Source: the human T2T-CHM13v2.0 reference genome, Homo sapiens | Length of the DNA stretch: 64,000 nt | Strand: one strand, 5' to 3' | NCBI RefSeq assembly: GCF_009914755.1 | Contig: NC_060930.1 | Shown: in pieces, positions 1-17,662 of the stretch | Position numbering within the stretch: position 1 is the stretch's first letter | How the letters are laid out: each line of letters opens with the position of its first letter | Translations under genes and position numbers: made by a program | Notes under the pieces: model-generated | Seen by the model: only the letters and a program-made list of their open reading frames with translations | What the model was told of the DNA's origin: nothing | The model's database searches: none

Positions 1-1530
<1,530 letters not shown>

Positions 1531-1963
1531 ATCACCATGCCTATTTTAAAAGATTTTGATCCTTTTTAGTCCCCAAATTCTCTCTCTGCAGGTGGCCTTT
1601 TTTTTTTTTTGAGAGTGAGGCTATCTGATTGATACTCTTTATGCTACTTGGAGTATTTAATATGCATTGGTTCTGTATTTCACATTATGCTTTTATTGCG
1701 CTAAAGTTGATATTAAAGTTTTATAGCATAAAATGTCATGGCAGGGAACATTTGCTCTAATTTATCATAATTTTTTAAAAAGAAAATGTCTGCTAAGATC
1801 ATAATAACAGCTAATATTTATATGCTAGATCTACCCTAAGTGTTTTACAGGTATTAACTTCTTTGACCATGGTGTGGCCATTGGAACAATGTAATAATAT
1901 GTGGCTCAATACCATAGGTTAATATCTTAAACGTTATTTTTCATTCTCTTTGGATAGCCATGA

Positions 1964-2265
<302 letters not shown>

Positions 2266-2887
2266 TAAACTTTTTATATGCTAAAATCCAACATGCTACA
2301 TCTCCTTTAGCATCTAAAACAATACATACAATGATAAATTTCACTTCAATCTGTACAAGAGAAGAATGCTAATGATTTGAAACGTCAGCTAGAAGACAGG
2401 CTGTCAGGAACTTTTATTATATTTTTTACTCACTGGAAAAATATGAATTGGAAATACACTAATAAGTTCTCTGCTGTGGATAACATGGGTTTAAATTTTC
2501 ATGTTAAACTTATTTAATTTGAGATTGTCTTAATTAAATATCCATTTATCAGCATAATGATGTTTAATATAGATCTTTATTAACATGGTTTCAAAGGCCA
2601 GTAAAATTGTCAAATCTAATGAAAACAGAGTTCAAAGATAAAATTCTATCTTCCCTTTCTTTTATGAGTCTATTAAAAATTCAGGGCACCTTTTTAAAAG
2701 CCCGTAGAGAAGATTAACCTTTAACATCATCATTTAAATCTAATGTTACCACATTTTACAGTGTCATTGACACTATGTTTAGCCTTAGATAGTTGCTTTT
2801 CCTAACCATATTGTAAAACTACTAAATTTTTTTTTTTTCCAAATCTAATAGAGGAACTGCTCTCTTTTTTTTCTGGTTTCTCTAGTG

Positions 2888-3101
2888 TAGCACATTCTAA
2901 TAGAACTTTCTCCAATGATAGAAATTATCTATATCTACACTGGTTAATACAATTGCTGCTAGCCATATGTGGCCTAATGAGCACTTGAAATGTGACCAGT
3001 GCAACTGATAATCTGAATTTCAAAATTTACTCATTTTATTTATCCTAAATTAAAATTTAAATAGCCACATGCTGCTGATGTCTACTGTATTGGAATCACG
3101 G
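2888..3101 (+). mobile_element. MER3-like hAT-Charlie MITE
   Basis: aatagaactttc...tagccatatgtggc...gagcacttgaaatgtg...aatttaaatagccacatg...gtattgga. Confidence 0.75.
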
Positions 3102-5780
3102 CTTTGGTGTTCTTTTCAGCACCGTCAGACTGAATTCTGAAGACTTGACTCTTTTCTCCTAATATGTCTTAATTCCTTTCCTGGGAGTAGGAACAATCTT
3201 TTAAAGTTACTTGTTGTTCTTGGACTAATAAAGGTATTTTCTTTCATTATAACCCAATTTATAGTTTGGAGATTTTACCATAAACCAAAAAATATATATA
3301 TACTTTTGTAGTAAGAATACCAAATTGGACATTTGATTCTGGGTAGTCATTACACAACAGAGGATGGGATATCTGCCAGAGTGGGTGCTCCGTAAATGTT
3401 TACTTGTGCTGAGTAAATGAAAAACTGTATTTTATTTTAACCAATGCTCCTTCTCACACTTACTCACAGTATTTCCTTTTATATCTGTACACTGGGAGAA
3501 GGAATAATAACTTGCTTGAAGATACAGTTTGTTTGAAAGTTGGAGGCTTTTGCTGATTTAAAACAGATACTGGTTTGTAGTTGCTTCCATAATTCCTTTC
3601 TACTGTGCTTAAATGATGAAGTACCGTTTTTATGGGTCTTTACCTTCTAACATGTTTTTGCATTAGATTTTTTAAGAATAACTGGTCACTTAAAAATACT
3701 TATAGAGTTGTAAAAAATGATTCAATTTTAAAAGGAGTAACTTGCGTAAAAGATATTCTGTAGTAGACATCATCCTAGGTTGATAATACAGTCAATAAAA
3801 GTGTTTATTGCTTTGTACATATCAAAGTACTAAAGGAGTGAACTGAAGCAGCTGAGATGTTAGAATAAGTCAATTGTCTAAAAATATGAATGCCCACAGA
3901 TATGTTTGATAAAGAAATGTTTTATGTGAAGATTTTGAAAATCTGGTTGATCACTAGTTATCAATAGTCTTAGAGAAATTTAAGTTTTAAAATGCTTATA
4001 GGATAATTGAGAAAGTACCACTAAGCTGAACGCAAATTTAAAGTTTCTTCTTACAAAGCATTCGACCTGTTGCCCAAGAAAAGGCTTTCATCTTTCAAGA
4101 TGAAAGAATTAAAATGAAACTAGAACACTGAAGGCTGCTACAGAAGCATGCATTTATTTGAGCATATGGTAGTAATCCACTAAACACATAGTTATAATCT
4201 ATTTGAGAATAACCAGAACAGATTTGCCAGACAAAGATTCTGGCAGATCAACTTGCTTTTTACTATGAAAAATCAAAGATGCAGAGAAGCACACATATAC
4301 CAATGTTTTCTTTTTGATTTCAAAGCCACTTCAGCATTTCTTTTAAAAAGTATTGTCTTCGTCCTCATAATTAATAGATAGTTTTTCAGATTCTAAATAC
4401 TGTAAGTTTCAGTAATCAGTTTCATTATTTCTGTGCAGTCAAAGAAGACTGCATTGGAAAATATGTTTGTGTGCATTTCAATACAATAAGTGTTTGCAAC
4501 TCAATTTCAAAGGAATATAATGTGTGATTTAGTTATTGATTATTGAGTTAAACTACAGACGTTGAAGATGCAGGATCAAATCATCTGAAATAAAAGGGCA
4601 GGGAACACGTATAAATGTTTTGCACACGGAGACACTCAAGTGCTTCTTGATTGAGGACATCTGATTTCTAGCTGGTTTTGCAATTAAAAATATTGGAAAG
4701 AAATTGCAGTAGCTCAGTCAAATTTATTTGCTGCAAAATGGCTTAGAACTACAGAGAATTTTCAGTTAATATAATTGAAATTATTTAGTTCTGCTCTGTG
4801 ACAAGTGAAATTATTAGTTATCAGGGAAAGGTAATTACATATTTGGCCTAAAGTTAATCAATATGAACACAGAAAAGCTGGAGCTCAAGCAGAATCAGGA
4901 CCTTGTTAACCACAGTTTTGTAAAATGAGTTCAATTGTAGCACCTGTGGAATAAATAGAACTGATCATAAATACAAGAAAATAAATTTTCTAATCATACT
5001 GTTCTCAGAGATTTACAAAATGCTTTGAACTTCGTTCTGTATTTAAACTTTTTTTATTATTTCACACAGCGTTTTTTAATCAGCATATGCTGATGAAAGG
5101 CAGACGTGTGCCTTGTTACACCTCTAAACCTCAAAGATCATGGGCAGTCACAGTAATTCCATTTCCCCAAGTTAAGGCATAAGCCCGCATTCACAGTCTG
5201 CCCTCTGGGATGATGCAGGATTGATTCAAGCCCAGTTCGATTCCTTGAGTCGCTGGAGTTGTTTCTGACTGATCCATATTTTCAAATCCAGCCCACCAGT
5301 GGGCCTGAGGCTGGATAAGTGGGCTTTCACCAGGGCCCTAACAAGAGCAAAAAAGGAACATGTGCATAGATTTATACTCCTATTCTCAAGGGCCTTTGCT
5401 CTTATTGGAACCTTAACCATATCAAAATGTATTTCCTAAACATATCTGTGATTATGGAGTTCATAATCTAAGAATCTGAAGGTGCATTTCTGTGTTAAAT
5501 GCAGAAATTATTATTGAAACAAAGACCTCACCTTTAAATGAGAGTATAAAGTACTGCAGTGACTTTCGCCCAACTGTTCTCTATTCACACTGGTCATTTG
5601 TCACTAGACATTGGTCAACCTTAAGCCAAATAGTATCCTGTCGAAGCAATGCCTGATTATTTTCCAACTTTTTGAAGTAAACATTGCTATTGTTCTGCTT
5701 TTTGGTTACAACAGAAGGAGTTTTTGGTTACAAGAGAAAGTAACACATCAGTAATTTCCATTCCTAAAAAAGTTAATCAA

Positions 5781-6084
5781 GACCAGGCGCGGTGGCTCAC
5801 ACCTGTAATCCCAGCACTTTGGGAGTCCCTGGCCGGTGGATCATGAGGTCAGGAGTTTCAGACCAGGCTGAACAACATGGTGAAATCCCGTCTCTACTAA
5901 AAATACGAAAATTAACCGGGCATGGTGGCACATGCCTGTAATTCCAGCTGTATTCAGGAGGCTGAGGCAGCAGAATAGTTTGAACCCAGGAGGCAGAGGT
6001 CGCAGTGAGCCGAGATTGCGCCACTGCACTCCAGCCTGGGTGACAGAGCAATACTCTGTCTCAAAAAAAAAAAAATAATAATAA
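5781..6084 (+). mobile_element. AluS full length
   Basis: gaccaggcgcggtggctcac...A-tail. Confidence 0.92.
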
Positions 6085-6093
6085 TTAGTCAGT

Positions 6094-6124
<31 letters not shown>

Positions 6125-6450
6125 GGAAAGAAAAATACTATGAGTCTGTTGTAAATCCTTAAATGGCGTAAAAATAGCTAAAATTAGGTATTTACTGTGC
6201 TCTTAGTGGTTATTTTCCTCTCTCTCTCTCCATGTATAGAGATAAAATGAGAAAAAAATATATTTGGATGTGCGTATATACTATACATAAACTATCAAAA
6301 CTTGGTTTATAATTGTACATTCTATCACGGACATCCTTCTTGAAAGCCTTCGTTTTGTATAGGTCTGTGTTTTAAATTTTGATAGTTATTACCAATAAAT
6401 CCTCTGAATATTATAGCCTATTCAAAATAGCTGTTTCTTACAGGAAATGG

Positions 6451-6570
6451 ATATATGTGTGTATACATATGTATAAATATATATACTTATGTAATATATG
6501 TATTGTATATATGTATATCATACATATATATGTATATATAGTATATTATAAATACATATATATATGTATT
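6451..6570. repeat. Degenerate (TA)n low-complexity tract
   Basis: Seen directly. Confidence 0.8.
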
Positions 6571-6710
6571 TACAAGGAGTCAGTCTCTTTTGTGGAAGTA
6601 AACATTACTTGGTCAGATAAGATTATTATGCTAAAGGAAGGTAGATAATTTTGTGAATGTAATTTGCATTTCTAAATGTGGTTATTATTATTATTATTAT
6701 CTCTCAACAG

Positions 6711-6867
6711 GGCCCATTTGGAGGCCAGCGCTGAGAAGTGGAACAGGTTGCTGATGTCCTTAGAAGAACTGATCAAATGGCTGAATATGAAAGATGAAGA
6801 GCTTAAGAAACAAATGCCTATTGGAGGAGATGTTCCAGCCTTACAGCTCCAGTATGACCATTGTAAG
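6711..6867 (+). CDS. UTRN: Utrophin internal coding exon (paralogous to DMD exon 57), 157 nt, phase 2 to 0
   Basis: ctctcaacag|GGCCCATTTG...TTGTAAG|gtaagt; translates (R)[52 protein letters not shown], a spectrin-like repeat matching utrophin. Confidence 0.97.
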
Positions 6868-7151
6868 GTAAGTGGATAACCTATAGTGAGTCGCTTAATT
6901 CAAATTCTAGTGAGGTAGATATTTGAAATACAATTATAGATAAGTATCAGAGTTGAACCAATTATCACAGGATTCCCGCCCCCCACCACCGTCTGCTTTT
7001 AGTTGCCAGTAGACATTTAAAGTGCATACATTGTTTCTATTTGTATTATCTTCACATTTAACTAAATTTTTTTCAAACACTACCAGTATCTGAAGTATAA
7101 TATTGCTTTTAGCTTATTATGAAGTTTATCTAAATTTCTAATAGGTTTTAG

Positions 7152-7940
<789 letters not shown>

Positions 7941-9019
7941 TAGTAAAAAAAAAAAAAAGTAATGCAGATGAAGACCATACTATTTAAAATCATTTTATGT
8001 GTTTTACTTTTCTGAGCCAAGCCTTTTCTTTGATTACATTTTTATACTGCTCAAATTTCTGTTCCTATGCAAATGTATACTTTTACTCTGATCAGCCAAA
8101 AGATATGCTGAAATGTTATCAACTGACACATTAATCCTTAGATCCTTGTGTGATTAAATTTGTGCCTTGTTCACTTTCCATTGATTTCTTTAATATCTCT
8201 TTATGCCCATTTTCTTGTATATACATATCATCTTATTTTATTGTATTTTTCACTCCTCCCATGTAATGAAAGTTCTCATTCTAAATCTGGTCATTTTAAG
8301 GTGACACTATGATTCTATTTCCATTTTAAAAATGACAAACACGAATGCACACATCTCCTAAAGGAAAATGTCATTTATGTAATAAGTTGCTTTAATACAA
8401 AATGATAAGACCCTGAAATTTATTTATTTGCTTTTTGAACCCTTGTGACTAGATTATCAAAATTACCATTTGGGTGTATTTTTTTTCTTTCTACTCGAAG
8501 CAGGAATATGATAGAGAAATAGCTCCAAGATAAGAAAAAGGAAAACACTGTTGATGTATGATATGCAAGATAATAATAATAATAGAAGATTTAAAATGAC
8601 CGATTTAAGAAAATCCTATTCTCTCCTAACTTTTTCTAACTTTTACTTCTATTAATTATTCATACAGTAGTCCCTTTTTGTGGGTTACAGTATTAGGGAT
8701 GAAACAGAATAACACAAAGCTCTTCTAATAGATGTGCTCTGTAAGGAATACAAGCTGCTTATGGCCATATGCTAATAGTGTTTACTGAAATCCAAATCTT
8801 GAGGTATGAAATGATTTTCCTCTTCTGGCCTTAGCACATAAAGTATGTATCAGCCTCTCAGTCTGTCCTGGCTGTATTTTGGCCTCCCTCCCAGCAAGGT
8901 AACCTGGATTTAGGTTGTGTTTTGCTCTATCTTAGAGCACTGCAGGCAGTTGCTCTGCTTCAGTCCTTGAGACCTAAGCCTTTAGGTAATGAAGATAATA
9001 CTGATAATGATGGTAATAC

Positions 9020-10500
9020 AATTGGTTCATTTATTCAGCAAGTATTTATTGAGTGCCTAATATGAACCAGCATATTCTGGTCACTGGTGACTCAATAATG
9101 AACAAAACCAGGTTCTTACCTGATTGTGAGAGATGGACACTAGACAAATAGGCAATAAATATATATGTCCTACGGTAATAACAAAAATAAAGCAAGGTCA
9201 AGAAGATACAGGAGGATGTGGGATTATAGGCCAAGGTGCTATTTTATATGGAGAAGGTCAGGAAAGTATCACAAATTGGGTGATTTTTGAACAGAGACCT
9301 GGAGTGATGTAGTAAGCACTTAGCAACCCCTCTTGAAAGTAGAACATTTAGGGAAAGGAGGCAGAGAGCACAAAGGCCACAGAGCCTGCAATGTTTGGGG
9401 CATATTTGAGGAATAGCTGGGAGACCAATATGTTTGAAAAAATTTAGCCAAATATGGTAGATAGGAGATGAAGCTGGGGTGGCGGGTGGGAGAAAGGGAT
9501 TCAGATCATTTAGGTCCTTGAATATTCTTTCTTAAGGACTTTGGATTTTACTCAATGAGAGAGGAAGCCATGGAAGATGTAGGTATCTATAGTGCTGTGA
9601 TCTAATATTACGTAATAATATAGGTAAATTATGAAGAGTAGAATATAGAGGAGTTCAGCACTATTTCAGTAACCCAAGTGGTGGTGAATTGGAAAAGGGT
9701 ATAGCAGGAGAGATGATGAAGAGTAACTGCTTTCTGAAGACATTTGGAAAGAATCAACAAAATTTGCTGATGGATTAGATGTGTGGAATGAGAGAAGAAG
9801 AGCCAAAGATGTCAGAAGTCAAAGATTTTTGGACAAAGCAAATAGAAAATGGAAGTACCTTTTAGAGAGATAAGAAAACTGCTGGAGGAGCAGTCTGGGA
9901 AGGAAATGTAAGAGCTCGATGTTTGACATGTTAAGCTTATAGATGTTTAAGCTGTTGGATATATAAATCTGAAGTTAGAAGAAAGATCAGGATTAGAGAT
10001 GAGTTAGAAGAAAGATCAGGATTAGAGATCAAAATTGTCAGCCTGTATATCAGCCCTGGGATTGGATGAGATCACCTATAGGGAGAGATTGTATGTGATT
10101 GTACCAAGGGAAAAAAAATATTCTAAGAAATGAGCCCTGAGGAGCCACAACTTCAGAGGTTGGGAAAATGAGGAAACTGAGAAGGAAGAGCCAGAAGGCT
10201 AGAAGAACCAAGAGAGAACAGAGTCCAGGATGCCAAAGGAGGAAAGTGTGTTATGAAGGAGGGCGTGATCACAAGGATCAAATATTGCTGAGAGGTTAAA
10301 TAAGATGAGGACAGAAAATTAATCATCTCGAGACCATCTTGTTGACCTTGGACAAGAGGTGTTACAGTGGCATGATGGAGTTGGAAGCATGATTGGAGTA
10401 GATTCAAGAGAGAATATGAACAAAAGTACAGAAAACCATTTTAAGGACTTTTACAACAAAGGTAACAGAAAAATCAGATAGTAGCTGAAGAAAGAATGTA
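9020..10500 (-). mobile_element. LINE-2 fragment
   Basis: L2 3' end antisense (cattta ttcagcaagtatttattgagtg) followed by purine-rich L2-like body. Confidence 0.7.
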
Positions 10501-11306
10501 GGGTCAAGTAGTGGTTTTATAACTCATTGCTGAGTAGTGAATTATGAAATAATATATTAATATTATTTTATTATTCAGCATGTTCTATGCTGGTAAGAAT
10601 GATTCTGTGAAGTGGGAAGAATCAGTGATGCAGGAGAGAGGATACCAGCTCAAACAGTGGCAGGATGCAATCCATTGCACAAGTGGAGCAGTGGGTCTTA
10701 GGTCTGTCTGACTCCAAATATATTCATCATCCATTTAAAACCTACTTACCGAATAACTTTTATGTCCTAGCACCATTCTAAGCACTGGAGATATATCCTC
10801 ACATTTTTGTTTTTGTTTTTACTTGAGTCTGTTCCCTCTTTTTTGCTCTATTATGTCAGTTTCCTAGCTTAGTTTATGAAAGAATATGAAGCCACCTTTT
10901 TCACCCTATCTTTTTCTTTAGCTGCCTTCCAAAAATGGACAATAAAGAAATGAATATTAACATATTATTCTCAAGAACTAATATTTTAGTGTATAATGCT
11001 AGCTTTCTGCTAAATTAGTACTCGGTATAGATTAGCTGAATAAGTTGATTCACAGAATTTATAGAAAAAACCCTCCAGTTATCTGCTTCCTCTAGAACAT
11101 GACACAGTACAGAAAGGTGTGCTGGGTTTGGGGTAAGCATTCTTTGTAGGTCATTGCTGAAGTCACAGGGCTGGAGGATTCCTTGATTCCTTCCAGGGTA
11201 GCCATCATGTATTAATAAGTAAGTTAGTTGCCATCATGTTTGACATTACCCTTACAGAAAAGAAAAACTCGAGGGAAGAAATAAAAGCTTAAAAGATGAA
11301 TTTTCT

Positions 11307-11759
<453 letters not shown>

Positions 11760-11972
11760 TTAGGGTGCACTGGAGGCAGGTAAGGAGGGTTGTTGGCTCC
11801 TCATAGGTGTGATAATTTGGGTTAGAGGTGTGAGTGAGGTACTGGTAGTAGAAAAGGCACTGAGCTAGAATGAGAATACTTTTATTTAAAGGCTGGCTCT
11901 GTCACTGATGACCTGGGTGACCCTGAAAAAGTCATTTGACTTACCCAAGCTTCAGTGTATGGAAATAAGTAG

Positions 11973-12317
11973 TATCTTAGTTCCTTTGGGCTGCAGTAAC
12001 AAAATACTATAAACTGGGTGGCTTATAAACAATAGAAATTTATTTCTTACAGTTCTGAAGGCGGAGAAGTTCAAGATCAGTGCACTAGTAGATTTGGTGT
12101 CTGCCAAGGGCCCACTGTCTGGTTCATGGATGATGTCATCTCACTGTGTCCTCCCATAGTGGAAGGTAGTCTTTTATATGATACTGATCCCATTGATGAC
12201 AGCTCCTCACTCATGCCCTAATCACCTTCCAAAGACCCACCTCCCAATACCATCACTATGGGAGTTAGGATTTCAACCTGTAAATTTTGGTGACACATAG
12301 ACATTCAAACTGTAGCA
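11973..12317 (-). mobile_element. MLT1A-type MaLR solo LTR inserted in a MIR (about 11840-12400)
   Basis: tatcttagtt...aaactgggtggcttataaacaatagaaatttatttc...acattcaaactgtagca with perfect 5-bp TSD agtag (11968-11972, 12318-12322). Confidence 0.85.
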
Positions 12318-13679
12318 AGTAGTTCCATTTCTACACAGAATTGTTCTGACAATCAAATGAAATAGTGGAAATGAAAGTAATTTAGGAAAAGTAAAGTGCT
12401 GAAGGGCAGTATATAATTTTATTTAATTATGTATATTCTGTCAAAAGCAACCTTCTTTACCAATTGCCAAGAGTAATGTTTTAAAATTACGTTACTATAA
12501 ATATTATATAAAATATATATAATTAACATTAATTCATACTAATATAAATCTACATTATTACAGTTAGGGCTAATGATTATGCATTTGTAGATTTAGAGCA
12601 ATATTTAAAGAAGTGTGGTACCTACCCGTAATTATTTATCTTACTGAACATCATCAGTCATAATTATCGAATAGTCTAAGCATAGTTTAACCTTAGCCTT
12701 GCATCCAAGAATTCCCTTCCTAAGAGTTTATTTAATAGTTTTTGGCCAGTGTTCCAACATAAACCTAAGTCTCTAACTTATCCTGAGTCTTTTCTTGAAA
12801 TCAAAATCTCTTATGGGTGTGTAAGAGATTGCTCTATATTTCAGGGCAGCTTTTTTTTTTTTTTAAGTCCTTGAAAATGTCCTTTTCCTCTGCTGTCATA
12901 TTCCATTGATCAGGAAAAGTCTTTATTTAGTGTATATTCATGTATAATTTAGAATTGTCAATTACTGGACTGAAAGAACCCTAAGAAATAAGAGTCCAGT
13001 CCTCTTATTTACGGTAGAGGAACATGAGAGGCACAGTGTAGTTTAAGCAAACCTGAGTTTTCATCCCTCCTTCCCTCTCTTACTTTCATTTACTTACTAT
13101 ATGCCTGGCAGTTTATTTTATTTTTTAAGGAAAAATAGCTTTATTTTGAAAAAAAATCAATTCTCTATTTAAAGCATACATGAGACAGCATCTTTCATTT
13201 AGTCCTAAACTTGATTACGTATTCTCATTATAATATTCCAATGACATTCTGCAAATACATTTCAAGTATGTCATCATATACTTATTGGTAAATATCAAAC
13301 AAAGCTACTGACTGTGAGGGAAAATTTTCCGTAATTTTTTTTACCTACCCAGAGATACTCATCCCACTGTATATCTGGGATTTTTATGAACATTTACAAA
13401 TTTTAACAAAATTCTTTTTTTTCCCATAGCATGCATCAATATGCTAAATTCTCCACTACAATCCAGGTAAAATACTGATAGTGTGTGAAAACCCAGTGTA
13501 TTTTCTAATACTGCCCATGATAGACAGAGTGAAATTACAGCATAAAGAGTAGCCAGGAACCTATACTGTAAACATTATTTGGCTCCAAGTATCTTGCAAC
13601 AAATAGCTACTAATAGGACTATACATAGCACATAGAGCACAGCAATCCTGGATTGTAGTATGCCTGTAAAACCCTTTAA

Positions 13680-13892
13680 AGCATTTTTTCTCAACCTTTT
13701 TATCATTACCCTCCTTTTCAATTACAAAAATTAAATTCAAATTAAATTAAATAGCTTTAACTATAAATTTCTTCCTAATGAGAGAAATTAATACAAAAGA
13801 TTTTGTTGGGTAGGCTGATTTTGGAAGGTCACAATCCATATCTAAGATTTTTTTCACCCCAAGAACCAATTTTTGTTCCCAGTTGAGAATGT
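13680..13892. mobile_element. hAT-Charlie MITE (MER112/MER113-like)
   Basis: Termini ttctcaacc / cagttgagaatg and aagatttttttcaccccaagaaccaattt. Confidence 0.5.
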
Positions 13893-14154
13893 AAGGGTTA
13901 AAGTTGATGAAATAAATTAAATAGCCTTTAACATTATTAGAGAGAAAAAAACCTAATGGGTAACAATGGAGATTGAGATAGTTGACTTCTAGACCATCTC
14001 TGTTCCATACTTGCTGTATGATCAGGGAAGAAATCATGTCTCTTTATTTTGTTGTTTGGGAGAACACAGGAATAGCATAAAACCTAATAGCTTGGAAAAA
14101 TCACTTAATCTCACTGGACTCAGTGAGGCTATTAATTGAAAGAATTGGTATAGA

Positions 14155-14440
14155 TCAGTTGTTTTCAATTCTGGCTGCACTTTCCTAGGACATATAAAAG
14201 ATATCAATGCTCAGTTATATTTACCCAGGCCAATTAAGCCAGTCTCTGGAGGATATGGGCTCAACCTATAGTGTAAATCAGAATCACCTGATGGGCTTGT
14301 TAAGCCACAGATTGGTAGGCCCCACTTTCAGAGCTTCTGATTCAGCAGGTTTTGGGTGGGGCCTGCAAATGTGCATTATCAAGTTCTCAGGTAATGTTAT
14401 GCTATTAGTCTATTGACCACACTTTGAGAACTGCTGGACT
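14155..14440. mobile_element. MER5A/MER5B hAT-Charlie elements
   Basis: atcagaatcacctg...gggccccac...tctgattcagcagg...ccacactttgagaactgctg. Confidence 0.7.
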
Positions 14441-15359
14441 AGGCATTTGTGTAAGAGTGAATGTGTGTGTGTGGTGTGTGTACCCAGGTGACTTCTAATC
14501 TCAAAACTATTCGTATAGAAAATTTCAATAAGGTTCTTTTAAGTTCTAGGATACTCAGATTTTAATATAATAAGAGTTGTTAAACATCAAGATGGCTTAT
14601 AAAAGGAGACCTATGGACAAATATCAACTTCTTGGTCAATTTTCATTAAAAACTCGTTTCTTAAAGCTTTTTACAGTATTTTTTTGAAAATTAACTTTTT
14701 TTTTTTTTTAGCTGCATATATGGGTCTTCACTTCACTTTTCAGTAAAGATAACTTATTTGGTTATCAGTGTCTGATCATTTGATAAGACCAATGGAAGGT
14801 TTGGATAGTAGCCAGTTATTTTTGAATTGCTTGAAGAGAATCTTGTAAATTTGTAGTCCAGAGGTAATTCTGCGATTGCTTCAATACTTGGAATTGCAAT
14901 AGAGTTGTAAGTACTGATTCTTTTACAAGACCATGTATAAACCAAGAAGTCTTCTGTATTTTCCAGTCCCAAAACTGAATCGATAAAAAAGAGTGCCATT
15001 TTTTAGATAAAGTGTTTAGAGGCTTTGCCTTTGGCCTCTCATATTTTCCTTTCTTCTCTAGAGGCTCTGACTCCTCGGGCCTCTGACTCCTCACGCCTTC
15101 ATCCCCTCTGAGTTCTTCTAGGATCTAAGACACCAGAGAGGTCCTGGTATAGAAAAAAACACAGTCCCTGTTTACATGAAATTTACATTCAAGGGAGATC
15201 CTCTGCTTATCCTTAAACTTAGAGTTCCTGTTCTCTGTGTTTTGAGAAATCATTTCCCAAAAGGTTATGGCTGAGCTGTGAACTGCGCATTGTTATCCCA
15301 AATCTCAGGTTGTCTTTGCCCAGTCATCCACTTCTGTAACCCCAACTTTTCTCCCTTGG

Positions 15360-15771
15360 TGTTTTAGTCTGTCTTTTGCTGCTGTAACAGAATGTCAGGG
15401 ACTGAGTCATTTATAAGGAACAGAGATTTATTTGGCTCACACTTTTGGAGGCTGGGCTCACAGTTCCAGAGGCGGGGAAGTTCAAATCAAGGGCCTGTAT
15501 CTGATGAGGGTCTTCCTGCTGTGTCATCCAATGGTGGAAAGCACAAAGGCAAGAGAGCGTTCATGACAGAGAGGAGATGGAAGCTGAACTTATCCTTTGA
15601 GCCCACTCCTGCTATAACTAACCCACTCCCACTGTGATAATGACATTAGTCCATTCATGAAGGTCAAACCCTCATGACCTAATCACCGCTTAAAGGCTGC
15701 TCCTCTTAATATCAGCACAGTGTCACTTAAATTTCATCTTGAGTTTTGGAGGGGACATTCAAACCATAGTA
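15360..15771 (-). mobile_element. MST-type MaLR solo LTR
   Basis: tgttttagtc...atttatttggctcac...ggggacattcaaaccatagta. Confidence 0.8.
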
Positions 15772-17662
15772 CTTTGTTGCAATTCGGGCAAGCTTTTAGT
15801 TCATGTACCCATTTATTTCCAATCTCTTCTTTAAGGGAATACAGAACTCTTTTCAATTATAACATTATGATGTAGCTTTAAACAGAACATAAAATAACTT
15901 TTAAAACCAATTTTTTCAGATATGTTTTAGCTTACTGAAATAAAGTTGCTTCTCTTTTCATTTAGTCTTGTCTATTATTATAAATTCTGTTAGTATTTTT
16001 TCTGATCTCCTACTTTTTAGGTCTTTTCCTTTTTGTAATAAAGTTTAAAAATCTTTTTAGCTACAAAGAACTCTTGTCTTACAGCTCAAAAGTACATAAT
16101 TAGAATCAATCAAGATCAACCCTCAGATGGCTTGATACTAATATTAGCCAAGGTTTTTTATTCCCTAAAAGTTCCCATAGAAAGAAAGGGACCTTGTACT
16201 TGATTTCTAATTCATTCTCTAATCTTAAGGTAATAGTTTGAATTACTTTATTTCAAGCAACACAATACTGATTAATTTGACGTAAACTCTCACTGCTAAT
16301 TTAAGATGTCTAAAGAATATCAGATGGAATTTTGTGAAGAGACAAAGAACTTAACACTAATTTAATTATTCCAAAAGGTATGATCTCATAAATGCAAGTT
16401 TTGAATACCACTATATACAACCTTTATTTAGGGGTTGATTTATAGAAACTCATATATTCTGAGTCTTCTGATTCCGAACTATCTTTATATATTCTAGTCC
16501 TTTATATGTACATAAATGATTTAATGACTCCTTTTCAAAGTTACTCTTTGATAATAGTGGTGCCAATCATTTCATTCCCCATCCATCCACCCACCTATCC
16601 ACACTATTCACCAAATGTCTTAATGTTAAAGTTGATGCTTCTGTACGAAGAGCAATAAGGTATAGCCTCTGCACCTCAGTGATATATTTTAATAATTCCT
16701 ATTACTAAAAGCCCTGTGCTTGTGGTTTGTTGGCTGTATCCAGAGGGAATACTTTACATTTAAATGTTTAGGTGATGGCTCTGAGATTTCGCCTTAGAAT
16801 AGGGATATAAAGCAATGCTTTAAAGCATCTCCTATGTTCAAACACCTAGCGGTTATAGATCAAATATAAAAAACAGAAAACCAAACATGGCATTGTGGGC
16901 TCCAAAACATGACAATCATTCTACAGGCCAGAAACAAAGCAGAAAAGCAAACTAGCTAGTGATGTTGATGCTGCTGGAAAAATGTAGCAGACCCTAGTGA
17001 TGAGCAGGCAGGAAGCCCCATAGCAAAGACTCAGCTCAAAACCCTTCTCTTACACACAGAAATGAGTGATTCACAGATTGGCATCCTTTCCTTCCGTAGT
17101 GTAAATGCCCCAGGCACTGCTATTATGAAACTTCAGTGTATTGTTGATCCTTAATTAAATGTGCGTACTTTCTTGGGTGTTTTAATCAGTGTCTCAGAAC
17201 ATTGATATATTTTCAGCAACATCAATAATAAATACTTTGTTCAGTGCTTCAACAATACATAAACATTTGAGACCTGGGGCCTAGCACATAGTAAACACTC
17301 AGTAAAAGGTGGCTGATATCTTTTCCCATAATTGTTGGGAGTCTTTTCTGATAGTTTTGATCATTTTTATTTTGTTTAAAACTATATAGGCTACATGAGC
17401 AGTTTTAACTAAATAAAACTGTATTAATACCTGTTATTTACCACCTAGTATAACCCAACAGAACTAGCTTTCAATTACTATCTAGATTAACCCGTCAAAT
17501 TAGACAAGGGTCACCTTATAGTCTTTGCAAGTATCAGTTTGGTAAACAGCACACTCATTATTTTTTTCGTGTAAGTACATGTTTAATTCCCTCAAATGTT
17601 AACATAAATTGCTACTTAAAAAATATGTAGTGTTTTAAGGACTGTTTTAAAATAAATGGATA

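Noticed and set aside
6379-6648. Y/I-rich ORF (also 38822-39046 and 39194-39455)
   Set aside because: Translations of microsatellites
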